Part shown: in pieces, positions 19,435 to 29,877 of the stretch | Position numbering within the stretch: the first letter of the stretch is position 1 | Layout of the letters: every line of letters starts with the position of its first letter | Assembly: GCA_000004985.1 (NCBI GenBank) | Contig: GG738852.1 | Direction: 5' to 3' (one strand) | Source of the DNA: Naegleria gruberi | Taxonomy: Eukaryota | Length of the DNA stretch: 64,000 nucleotides | Notes under the pieces: generated by a model | Told to the model about the DNA's origin: nothing | Database searches by the model: none | Seen by the model: only the letters and a program-made list of their open reading frames with translations | Translations under genes and position numbers: made by a program

Positions 19435-21150
19435 ATGAAAAGGCTTGTAATTTTATTATTGATTGCCTTGGTTGTATGTGTAGGCGTGACCAATTCAGCC
19501 AATGGACAAAAACCAAGCTTTCAAAAGATAATTAATAATATTAGAGCAAAATCATGTAATCTTGTCGGTTTGGATGGTGTTTCCAAATGTAAGGACATGT
19601 TAAAGGTTGGAGCTAATGGAGAGAAGAATATTAGGGATCAAATTAAGGCAGGCATTGGCTTTGGTCGTTATACACATGAAGTAATGCTCCCTGTTCTCAA
19701 ATCTAAACAAGGACAAGATGGTATTGTTGCTGGAGGAGTTCTCAATGCTGAATTCATCAAACAAATGAAGAGTCCTAGAGAATTCTATGAGATGATGTAT
19801 CCAAGCGCAACCAATAAGGATAACTCAAAGATTTACAATGGATTATACGCTCGTTCTGCTGGCATTATTTTCGACAGTTATTTTGCTGGAAGTTTGACAA
19901 TTACCAGTGCTCAAAAACAATTTTTTACTCATTATGTGGAAAGTGAAGATGTTGTAACTGATGAATTCCAACAAATTATTGACTTGTTACCTGATGCATT
20001 CGATCAAGATGTTTATAATCTAGTTCTTACATATTTTGGGGATGTTGTTATGACTAAGGTCAGCTATGGAGGTGTTGTTGATCAGACCACTCTCATCAAG
20101 GAATGTTACACTGATCCTAAAATGATGGATTATATCAAGAGTCAATTGAATAGTCTCATTAATAACAAGACTGATACTCCTCCTAATGGTTTTATTAATT
20201 ACAGAAAGGTCGAACAGGTTGATATTGCAGGTGGAAATCCAGAACTCTCACTTGTTCAAAAGAGAATCGCCTCATTTGCTGAAAATCCAGTTCCTGTCCA
20301 ATTCGATGTCAAACCAATATATCAAGTATTTCCTACTGGTACCAAGAGAGAAAACATGAAGAAAGTTTACGATGCGCTTGTTCAACAACAATCAAACATT
20401 GTTAATGACATACTGAAAAAAATTGAAGATAATAAGCTTGTTGAATTCTTAAAGGGACAAACTATTTACATTTACGATGTACAAACAAGCCTATGTAAGA
20501 ATCCTATTGTCTTTTTCAATAATTGTCCTCATCAAAAATTGTGTAGAACTGCTTGTGCTAACAAGTTTGAGAGCTCTATTTTGTCACCAAATGGTGTTAA
20601 GGAAATTGAACGTTACAATATTCACATTTGTGGAAGTTCTGTTACTCGTGATATCATCAATGGCGAATTCACTTCCAATCCTATTAAACATGACAAGGAT
20701 GAATATGTTTTGCATCCTCGTTTGGAATCTGATGAAACTCCAAAGGATAATACCATCACAGAATTTTTGGACAGATTTGGCATTATTGATATCAACAACA
20801 ATGCAAGATCAGTTTTGATGAACAAGACAAGAAGTTCTTCTCCTGGAAATCATGTTAGAAAGGGAACTTCATGTCCAGCTGGTTATGTTGCTCTGGAAAA
20901 GTTTAGAAATGCTGATGGTGCCTTTGGTGTTCGTGTCAATATTTATAATGCCAATGGGAGTGTATGGAAGACTTATTTCCAAACTCAAATGCTCAATTCT
21001 GGATGTGTTGATGTTCCGTATAAGAAGGTTATGCTTTTGGATCCATTTGTTTCATGGAGTGATGACAATTTAAAGTTTACTGCTTGTGCTATGTGTACTC
21101 CTGCTGTTAGTGGTGGAAATAATTTGAGTTGTAATTGCCCTACTTTCTAA
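19435..21150 (+). CDS. Secreted protein with a MACPF-like region and a Cys-rich C-terminus (~571 aa)
   Basis: Signal peptide MKRLVILLLIALVVCVGVTNSANG (ATG 19435; upstream ATG 19411 also in frame). The segment IIDLLPDAFDQDVYNLVLTYFGDVVMTKVSYGGVVD resembles the MACPF signature (..LP..f.......fi..YGTHfv.....GG). Ten or more Cys lie in the last 150 aa. Single long ORF. Confidence 0.5.
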   Translation: MKRLVILLLIALVVCVGVTNSANGQKPSFQKIINNIRAKSCNLVGLDGVSKCKDMLKVGANGEKNIRDQIKAGIGFGRYTHEVMLPVLKSKQGQDGIVAGGVLNAEFIKQMKSPREFYEMMYPSATNKDNSKIYNGLYARSAGIIFDSYFAGSLTITSAQKQFFTHYVESEDVVTDEFQQIIDLLPDAFDQDVYNLVLTYFGDVVMTKVSYGGVVDQTTLIKECYTDPKMMDYIKSQLNSLINNKTDTPPNGFINYRKVEQVDIAGGNPELSLVQKRIASFAENPVPVQFDVKPIYQVFPTGTKRENMKKVYDALVQQQSNIVNDILKKIEDNKLVEFLKGQTIYIYDVQTSLCKNPIVFFNNCPHQKLCRTACANKFESSILSPNGVKEIERYNIHICGSSVTRDIINGEFTSNPIKHDKDEYVLHPRLESDETPKDNTITEFLDRFGIIDINNNARSVLMNKTRSSSPGNHVRKGTSCPAGYVALEKFRNADGAFGVRVNIYNANGSVWKTYFQTQMLNSGCVDVPYKKVMLLDPFVSWSDDNLKFTACAMCTPAVSGGNNLSCNCPTF

Positions 21151-21475
21151 TTGTTTATAGAAAGGGTCATTATTGAATTTAATAAAATTATGTAGAATAA
21201 TGATATTTCGAAAAGAAAATATGTTAACTTAAGAAACGACCAAGGTACGGCAGAAAATAGGAACGGGAATAGGTATGCAAACAAGGCATGGATATTTTTA
21301 CAATTTTTACAAGAAATAAATAAACAATATGAATTTTAAATTAATCGTAATATTATAGAATGAGTCCTTTATTACATAAATTTAATTTTTTACCTGAAAA
21401 GGTTGAACAACTATCGAATAAATATATTATTATTTCATTATTAAATTTTTTTATTGTAAAAGAATTTCAAAATTT

Positions 21476-23472
21476 TTAAAATTTATAATAATTCATGATT
21501 AACATAAATTGATTCAAGTAAAACTTGGAATCAATGTAAACAACTTGGCATCTAGCATTGATATCTTTCCAATCAACGTTTAAATTGGAAGATTTCACTC
21601 TATTCAATTTTCTGAATTGACATACTTGGTGATAATCATTTGTAACAATCCACACTTTTCCAAATTTAACTGTATCTTTTGTATGTGATTGAATACATCC
21701 TATGTATAATTTTCCTTCTTGTTTAAACATTAAGTATTGATTTGGAGCAATTGCTTTAAACCATTGTTTTGATTTCTTTCGTAACCAAGGATATTTAGCA
21801 TTAAGACTGACATGTAACTTTTCAAATGCTGCACCCCGCTTTTCAACATCCTTATGATTCGATCCATCATTAAACTTTTTAAAAAGTTTGTGTTTCAATT
21901 CGAATAATAAAGCCCAAAAGTATCTAGGACTTCCCCATTCTTGACAATCTTCAAATAAATGAGTTACCCAATGGAAATTAACATTATGACATTTGTTTGG
22001 ATATAATTCAACATAATGTTCTCTGAATTGGAGGAAAATAGATTTGGATTTTTCAATAGAAAGAATTGTTACCTCATTTCTTAATAACATACTCGTCCAT
22101 GCAATATGTTCTACCCAACAAACAACATGTCTAGTTCTTTTTTCTTGTGAAATATGTTTCAATTCCTTATTTGAATAAATTAACTTGTAAATTATTGGAA
22201 TACTATAAAAACCAAATTCTAAAAATTCGTCAGCTGAACAATTCAAATAATTTGATGCTCTCATTCTAATTGATTCTCCAGAACTTAAATAAAACTCATC
22301 TATAATATCCTGAAAATCAGAAAATAATCTTGGGTATGAAAAATATTCTATTAATGCAGTCAAATGTCTTCTTAATTCACCTTGAACAAACACATGCATA
22401 AAGTCAACTGTTGAATTCTTAAATACGTCATGATTTCTTAGCTTATACAATGGGTTATCTTGTTTTTCAAGTGTAACACCATTTTTTTTCATTTGAGTGA
22501 GCTTTCTTTGTACAGTATTGTAATCAAATTTTGAATCAATTAATTCAATTTCTTGTTTTGATAATAATTTAAACCCTTTTCTTTCCTTTTTAGGTGTTGT
22601 TTCAATACTTTCATGAATTGAAACAGCTTCATCTACAGTTCTAATGCTAAATGTATGTTCTAAAACTGGTTCATCTTCCATATTATCAGTTTCTTGATTT
22701 TCTTCATCTTGATCATCTTCTTTTCCTGTTTCTGGATTGAAATAATTACATTCTTCATCAATATCATTTGGATTGTGCGTTTGGAGATCAGTTTCAACTT
22801 GCAATTCTTGTTCTGTTTCCGTTTCATGTTCTTTACAGGGCTTTGGTATAAATTGTTTCAAATTTAAAGACGGATTCTTGAAACAGAACTCATTGTATGA
22901 ATCAATTAATTCATCTGGAGTTGAGCTGTACATATTTTTTGGACAATGACATCTGGAGCAAAGATATTGTTCCATGAATAAAGTAAACCATCTTTGAACT
23001 GAATCCCAAATCCAAGGACCTAATACGTATTGAAGAGATATTTCTTTTTGTAAACCTGAATGTTTCACAATAAATGTTTTCCCTTCAATTTCATTATATT
23101 CATTAACAAACATTTCCAACATTTTAAATAAACCCTTAATATTTCTACATTTCCCAAGTAATGAAATGGATTCCATTGAGCTTNNNNNNNNNNNNNNNNN
23201 NNNNNNNNNNNNNNNNNNNNNNNNNNNNNNNNNGAAAAAGACTTTGAACAAAAGGGGCATATTAAGTTGGTAAATGAATCAAAATTTTTACATTCTTGAT
23301 TTTTACACCTAACTTTAATTGCCCTATGAAAATGAGATTTTTTGTTACTTGAACTACAAATTTTGACATCAGTTGATGATTTCACATAATTATTACAACT
23401 AGAACAATACAGTTTTGCTTTTCGAGGGTCAACCCTGTGTGAAAACAATATTTTCGCTTGTGGAATTTTCAT
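21476..23472 (-). CDS. TNP2-like transposase (CACTA/En-Spm, Plavaka/KDZ superfamily) candidate, intronless, ~730 aa, interrupted by a 50-N assembly gap
   Basis: ATG at 23472. N-terminal Cys/His cluster (CSSCNNY..C..H.H..CKNQEC..CPFC), as in the transposase-associated zinc finger of TNP2. C-terminal motif HNVNFHWVTHLFEDCQEWGSPRYFWALLFELKHKLFKK matches the DUF4218/TNP2 signature (H...HL......GP.....WMyPfER....LK). It is an intact 2-kb ORF without introns in an intron-rich genome. Two ORFs (23065..23472 and 21476..23260) are the same frame either side of an N run. Confidence 0.5.
21476..23472 (-). mobile_element. Putative DNA transposon (CACTA/TNP2-like) coding region. Element termini are not defined.
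   Basis: Transposase-like ORF as described above. It is flanked by very AT-rich non-coding DNA. An assembly gap falls inside it, which is typical of multi-copy repeats. No terminal inverted repeats (CACTA...TAGTG) could be identified by eye. Confidence 0.4.
23184..23233. other. Assembly gap (50 N)
   Basis: Run of n inside the transposase-like ORF. Confidence 0.99.
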
Positions 23473-23615
23473 TTATTTTTTTTTCCAAAATTTTGCCGAT
23501 ATTTTAAAAATAGATTGTAAAGTGTTCATATCACCACTGCCAGAGAAAAGTAGAAAAACAACAACAAAAAAATATCAGTAAGTTAACATCAATATTCGAC
23601 TCACTTTCGACCAGA

Positions 23616-24504
23616 CATGCCAGCAAGATCACAACCAACCCCTTCAAATCAATATACCTCACCAAGATCAGCATCTGATCAAGAAGAATCTGATCAAGAA
23701 TCAACTCAAAACAAACAAACTTCACAAGGTACACCACAAAAGAAAGTATCAAAGAGTAAGTATTCTATCTAATTATTACCAGTGTGATAATTCTTATTGA
23801 CAGAAAGAACAAAAAGAATTATACCAAACCTTTCCGATACAAAATTTGCAAGTTTAAATCATACTAGATTAAAAAAGGTTTGGCAAACCAAACATAAAGT
23901 GTAAGTTATTCGTATAATTATTAAATTAAATACAGAATAGGTTTTCCAAAGGTATTATTCAAGGTTTTTACAAATATGTACAAAAACAAGGTTCGGATTT
24001 TGTACTAGATATTTTAAAGAAGGAAGAATTGTTAGTGTCATCACTTTGTAAAATTATTTTCAGAAACTTTGGAAGCAAGAAGTGAAGAAGAGCTTACTGA
24101 AAGAGAGGAAGAAGATTTGAAAGAAATTGTATGTTAATTTTATTTATTTTTAATTAATTTTAATTATTTTTCAAATATTTTAGGGTTTGCATTATTGTTC
24201 AAACATTTTAAGTAAAAAACTTTCTAATTTATCTCAAGGTGTTAGAGTTGCAAAATATGATGATCCTCCTATTTCTGAACACAGTGAAGATGAACTAACG
24301 GATGAACAATCTAAGAAACCAACTAAAAGGTTTGAATCTTATACTAAGGATGAAAATGGAAAGTTTTCAACTGAAGTTTGTTTTCGTGGATCTACTGAAG
24401 AATTTATTACAGAATTTCAAAGGCATATCAGAAACAAATCAAGTGCTAATTGTAACAGAAGAATTAATAGACGAAATAACATTAAACCAATAAATTTAGA
24501 TTAA
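23616..24504 (+). CDS. Hypothetical Lys/Glu-rich protein, multi-exon, exon junctions unresolved
   Basis: ATG at 23616 (MPARSQPTPSNQYTSPRSASDQEESDQESTQNKQTSQGTPQKKVSKS) ends at a gtaagt donor (23756). Downstream exon-like blocks run in the same direction: ...ETLEARSEEELTEREEEDLKEI + gtatgt, and ORF 24187..24504 (KYDDPPISEHSEDELTDEQSKKPTKRFESYTKDENGKFSTEVCFRGSTEEFITEFQRHIRNK). I could not close the reading frame across all junctions. Confidence 0.3.
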
Positions 24505-24574
24505 TTACATTTATTTTAAATTTTTAAAAATTTAACATTCCAAAATTGGATTCACCAAATATAGCATTAACTAA

Positions 24575-24690
24575 TGTTGTTTCTCTTTGTATTTCTTTTC
24601 TCGAGTCTGTACTTGTTTCTTATGACATTACTCTATTTGTTTCTTTTACAATTTCTCTTCATGTGCTTATTAATGTTTCTTTTACAGTTT
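24575..24690 (+). repeat. Pyrimidine-rich degenerate direct repeats (TGTTTCT core; the 13-mer TGTTTCTTTTACA occurs twice, 36 bp apart)
   Basis: Copies lie at about 24579, 24613, 24637 and 24673. They produce the spurious Leu/Phe-rich ORF 24574..24867. The region is ~400 bp upstream of PEX5. Confidence 0.4.
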
Positions 24691-25095
24691 AGTTTTAGAC
24701 ACACAAAAGAGGTGCGGTCAAGGTACGACAAAGGAACGTTAAAAATAACACAAAAAGACCGTGCCTATTCTGCATCTTCTACGTTACTATTGCTCTCCAA
24801 GGATACAAGACAATCTCCTATTGTTAAGATGTCTGCACCTCCCAGTTTAACCTCTGAATTCATTTAACAACTTGGTCTCAACAAGCAGAATGATCTTGAC
24901 ATTGTCCAATTTATTCAAAAACAACAATGTCCTCATCAAATCAATGATTCTCAAAAGCACAGATATTAAGATTTGTTAAGAGGAGTTGAATTAAATCAAA
25001 TTTCGGACAAGAATATTTCCAAAATTTTATTCCTCTCTTCCGATGAAAATAATTAATGGAAAAACGAACAAAAATTTTATAATTAATTATAAAAA

Positions 25096-26668
25096 ATGTT
25101 GCGTGATGTATTTACTTCAGAAAAGGGATCAGAGGGAAGCTCATCCACCTCTCGTGGTGGCAATCCACTCTCCGGTACAATTAATTCAACATTTAATAAT
25201 ATAAGACAACAAGAGGATTTTTATTCAAATTATCAACAGCAAGGTGGTTCATCATCGGGTGTTGGTTCTTCGAGTAGTCATGAACAACAACCATTTTCTC
25301 CCTTCCAATTATCTTCATCATCACATTTAAATAGTAGAAATAATAACATGTCTGCAGTTGATAGAATCAAAATGCGAGAGAGAAGTGAACGTATTACAAG
25401 ACACTTGTATCCCGACTCACAAGCCACAGATATGATTAATGAACAAAATTTAAATTCAAGATTTGGAGGAATGAGTCTAGGTGCTGGTCAAAATAATTTA
25501 CTCAATTCTAATAACATGATGAATATGAGTATGGAAGAGAGTGAAAATTCAAATCTCTTCCTTCAAAATCATTCTATTGATTCATATATTAATTCACTTC
25601 AACAACAATTAACAACTATCGGAAATCATATTAATGCTGGAAGTATTGAATTACATCCTCCATATACATTCCTAACCTCTCACACCACAAATCCCTACCT
25701 CCAACACCAAGATCATCAATATCAAAATTTGTATGAATTGGCCAGAAAATTCCTCTCCGAACAAAATCAACAACAAACATCCAATACTACCAATACAGAA
25801 CAAGCCATTTTGGCTTTGGAAGCTCAAGTCATTTTGGAACCTCATCATGCAGATGCTTGGTACCTGTTGGGTCAGTGTCATGCAGAATGTGATGATGATG
25901 CAAGAGCCATCTCATGTTATGCTGAGGCTGTCAAGCAAGATCCAAATCACTTGGATGCTCTCGTAGATTTGGGTGTTTCAAATGCCAATGAATTACAAAA
26001 ACACTTGTCACTCTTTTACTTGAAACGTTGGATTTCTTCACATCCAATTTATGCAAGTATTGTTGGAGATGTATTCAAAGATACAGATATTGGAGACCAC
26101 TTATCTGCAACAATGGTAGACTTTTATCAAATTTATTCAACTGTCAGACAGGCATTCGAGAAGGTTGTAGAAGAATCCCCAAGTAAGGATGCTAAACTTC
26201 ATACTGCCCTTGGTGTATTGTATCACTTGGTAAATGATTTTGATAAGGCTATTAATCAATTCAAAATGGCATGTCAATCCGATCCAACCAATCATAGTTT
26301 ATGGAATAAGCGTGGGTGCAACACACGCCAATGCCAAGAAACCAGAACTGGCAATGAATNNNNNNNNNNNNNNNNNNNNNNNNNNNNNNNNNNNNNNNNN
26401 NNNNNNNNNGCATTGATGCTACAGAAGAGCTTTAAATTTGAAACCTGACTATGTGAGAGCTTGGGTAAATTTAGGTGTTGCTCACAGTAATAGAGCTGAT
26501 TACGAGAACGCAGCCAAGTTCTACTTGAGAAGTCTCAAGTTATGTCCAAGAAATAATAGTGTATGGCTTTATTTGAGTTTTGATTTTAGCTGTCTGAAGA
26601 GAAAGGACCTGGTTGAAAAGTGTGAGTACAGAAATGTAGATCTTTTCAAGTCTGATTTCCAATTTTAA
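25096..26668 (+). CDS. PEX5: Peroxisomal targeting signal 1 receptor PEX5. Its TPR domain spans a 50-N gap and shows an apparent 1-nt frameshift at ~26318.
   Basis: ATG at 25096. N-terminal GGNPLSG matches the conserved GGxNPLMK box. TPR region EAQVILEPHHADAWYLLGQCHAECDDDARAISCYAEAVKQDPNHLDALVDLGVS...LGVLYHLVNDFDKAINQFKMACQSDPTNHSLWNK is collinear with human [43 protein letters not shown] continues in the +1 frame as VGATHANAKKPELAMN. After the gap the frame is LRLKPDYVRAWVNLGVAHSNRADYENAAKFYLRSLKL (human [36 protein letters not shown]). Confidence 0.8.
26360..26409. other. Assembly gap (50 N)
   Basis: Run of n inside the PEX5 TPR region. Confidence 0.99.
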
Positions 26669-27060
26669 TATATAGACAGTATGTGATGGATTGAACATAT
26701 TGTCATTCAGCCTTAGTCAATATATTTGAGATGCAACACAATAATACTGTACTACACCGATGATTTGTCGTATTTACCACAAAAGAATCCATTCAATGAA
26801 AATCAACAATAATAAATATTTATTATTATCGTAAGTTATTGAATGGCAAATTGATAGACTGTTATTGAGCATGGGATTCTCTTCAAGATGAGAATATTCA
26901 TCATATCTTTTGAATCATCTTAATTGATAATTGATAATATTTCTTAATAGATGTGTTCGTCTAGACTCATGAGAGAATAATTATGGCAGTCGTTATCCTT
27001 TCAGTTACATAAGGACAGAACAACAGAACAAGAAGTTGAATCTGTCGTTCCCATCACCGG

Positions 27061-27123
27061 TTCGCGCCAACCGAATGTTCGTGTAATGGGCAATCAATGC
27101 AAGTCGTAAATTTATTCGCGCCA
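27061..27123 (+). promoter_or_regulatory. Two direct copies of TTCGCGCCA (27061..27069 and 27115..27123), E2F-site-like, ~200 bp upstream of the PDE gene
   Basis: These are the only GC-rich motifs in an AT-rich intergenic region. They resemble the E2F consensus TTTSGCGC(CAAA). Confidence 0.2.
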
Positions 27124-27315
27124 CAAAAATTTACTGGCTAGCAACTTACACTTCATTTTTTTAAAAACTAGAAAAAAACGCCTCCACAGAAGCTTTTTTA
27201 GTCTCTTCTTAGTATCTTTTCTACTATCACCAAAACAATACGGAGGAAAAAGACACAATCCTTTTTGCAACATCTTATTTTTTTCTTAATAATAACACAA
27301 TACAACAAGTTCAAG

Positions 27316-29561
27316 ATGGGCTCAGGAGGTTCAACAGGATACGTTGGAGAAAGAGAACCACCTCTCCATCCTTTATATCAAGTACCTAAAGGAAATAGTA
27401 ACCCTATTGTAACACAACTAGGAACCTTCCAAAAGACATTTTGCGAAATGTATGATAAGGAAGGAGGAGGTAAAAACTATGAAAAGATAAGTCAGCGTAA
27501 TCAGGCAAATAATCAGAATATTCTTGCTTCCAGGAAATTGTGGGTTGGTTGTTCGCCAACGCCCGACCTTGAGAGTCTTATTATTGCTGTTACAGACTTG
27601 AGAGATAGATATTATGAAAAAGTTCTTTCTCAAAAGAGTTTGACTGATATGGTACGTTTCTTAATAATACTGTTTCTAACTTTATGTCCTATTGTTGAAA
27701 TCACCAACAACAACAAAACATGTTGTTCCTTTATTAAACTATTCCCTAATAGAAAAACTCCTTGGGTAAGGAATTAAAATTGGCCAACATGGAATGGAAA
27801 ATGTTCTTTGAGACTCTAAGAGCTTCAATTACTAATTCTAGTAGATTGAAGGTAAATATTGATGGAGCAACAGATCAATGTAAAATCCTCCTCGAGTTAA
27901 CAGCAAACAAGCTCAAGGCAGACATTGCTCTTAAACTTACCAGAGTCGGAGAAAAGAAGGAAAATGATAAGAGTGCAAACTATTGGACACAAATCTTCCA
28001 CTCTTTCATTTATCCACTTTATGGATTTTACTTGTTAAAGACAGAATCAACACCAACAGAAAAGATTGATCAACTTGAACGTGATTTGAAAGTTGTGAAG
28101 GAAAAGTATCAACACTTCCTTCATAGAAGAGAAAAGCTAAGCAACCTGAAGAAGGGTGTAGGTGCTGTTTCTAAGTCTTCAGATGACTCTGCTTCTAAGG
28201 CAGAATTACTCCGCAAACAAAATAGCGAGTTGGAGAAACGTAAGAAGGAAATTGAAAGTTTGATCTATCCAGCCAATCAAGTATCCAAGTACTTGATTTT
28301 GGTCAAGAAGAAGCTAATCAAGAGTAAGGCCATCAATGAAAAGGAACATGAAAACTTTAATGTTGTTACCAATTCACTCAGATTTGACTCCATCCACAAG
28401 ATTGAACACGGAAAGAATTTGAAAGAATATGATCAAGAAGTTATTCAATTTATCAAGGCCAAGTTTGTTGACTCTGCTCATATTGGGGGTAAATCAAAAC
28501 CACAAGAAGATCCAAAGCCACCAGTTGCTGCAAAGGCTGGTTCTGTTACTGACATGTCCTCTGCTGCAAAACCTGGTAAGGAAGAACTCAATAGTGTATT
28601 TGAAAAGTTAGACAAGTGGAACTATGATGCTTTCAAGATTAATGAACTTTCTAATGGACATCCACTTTTCTTTACATCCTATGCTATTTTCCTCAAGTAT
28701 GACTTGTTGAATAAGTTCAACATTAATGAAAAGGTGTTGATTAGCTTTTTACGAGAGGTTGAGGCTGGATATCGCCCAGTTCCATATCACAATAATATGC
28801 ACGCTACTGATGTCACTCAGTGTATGCACTATATTATCAGTAAGGGAGGTCTGTCTCAGTTCATGACTGATGAAGATATTCTTGCTTCTCTCCTTTCCTG
28901 TATAGTTCACGACTACCAACATCCAGGTCTTAATAACAACTTCCAAATGAATTCCCACTCCTATCTTTCCATACTCTATAACGACAGATCTGTACTAGAA
29001 AACCACCACGTAGCCGAAGCATTTGAATTGATGCGAAACAAGGACTTTGATATTTTCCAAACATTATCAGAAGAACAATATAAGGACGTAAGAGAAACAA
29101 TGATTCAAATGATTTTGGCAACAGACATGGCTCTCCATGCCACAATATTAGGTAGATTCAAAACAAGAATAGAGTCCGAGTCAGAAGGTGCAGAAATTGA
29201 TTTCTCGTCTAAGGAAGATGTAAGATTGGCATTGCAAATTGCCATCAAGATTGCTGACGTAAGCAATCCAGCTAGGCCATTAAAGTTGTATCTCAAATGG
29301 GGTAAACGAATTGAAGAAGAATTCTATGCACAAGGTGACAAGGAAAGAGAGCTAGGAATTACAATGTCTCCATTCATGGATAGAAATAAGCCAAGCTTGA
29401 ATGGTCTCCAATCTGCCTTTATTAACTATATCGTTTCTCCAATGATGAAGAGCTATTGTAGACTGCTTCCAAAGATGAACTTTACTATGGAACATATCCA
29501 AACCAATCTAGAATATTGGAAGGAGAACAAGACTGTAAACTTGTTGGATATTCAAGATTAA
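27316..29561 (+). CDS. Class I 3',5'-cyclic-nucleotide phosphodiesterase with an N-terminal MGxxxS myristoylation motif and a coiled-coil region. Two exons: join(27316..27651, 27753..29561), 714 aa.
   Basis: Catalytic domain YHNNMHATDVTQCMHYII...HDYQHPGLNNNFQMNSHSYLSILYNDRSVLENHHVAEAFELM...ILATDMALH carries the HD/PDEase_I signature. N-terminus MGSGGST. A 101-nt intron 27652..27752 (gtacgt...tctaac...ccctaatag) joins ORFs 27265..27777 and 27762..29561. Confidence 0.8.
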
Positions 29562-29877
29562 TTGTACAAAGAATAAAAACCGCCATCACTGTAACAATTA
29601 ATTTGGTGTTTTTTCCTTAAGGAAAAAAGCAAAATGCATTATGGCAGGCATCTATTTAAGAAGAAATAAATAGTAATCAGGGTCCAAGTTTTATCCTCAC
29701 AATATCATTGGAGAAGCAGAATTCTAATTAGTGTTGTTATAAAAGGACCATCATCATGTTTAAACAAGTTTAACTTCATTCCTAATCAACCAGTAACCAT
29801 GTGCTTGTGGAGCTGTAAAGTGTGATTGTGGGAAAAAAATATTTTTCAATTTTAGGGATTTAATTGGTTTTGAAAAA

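Noticed and set aside
21150-23620. CACTA-type terminal inverted repeats flanking the transposase ORF
   Set aside because: I found no CACTA...TAGTG pair or other clear TIR/TSD in the AT-rich flanks. Element boundaries therefore remain undefined and only the coding region is reported.
24574-24867. ORF 24574..24867 encoding a Leu/Phe-rich peptide
   Set aside because: It is translated from the pyrimidine-rich TGTTTCT direct repeats and is a low-complexity artefact.
26360-26668. Frame change across the second N-gap in PEX5 as evidence of pseudogenisation
   Set aside because: The gap length of 50 N is a placeholder, so frame continuity across it is meaningless. Both flanks encode well-conserved PEX5 TPR sequence.
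27040-27075. tRNA-like GGTTCGCGCC (T-loop-like) sequence
   Set aside because: The flanks do not form a T-stem, and no acceptor stem, D-arm or anticodon arm could be drawn. I treated it as a GC-rich regulatory motif.
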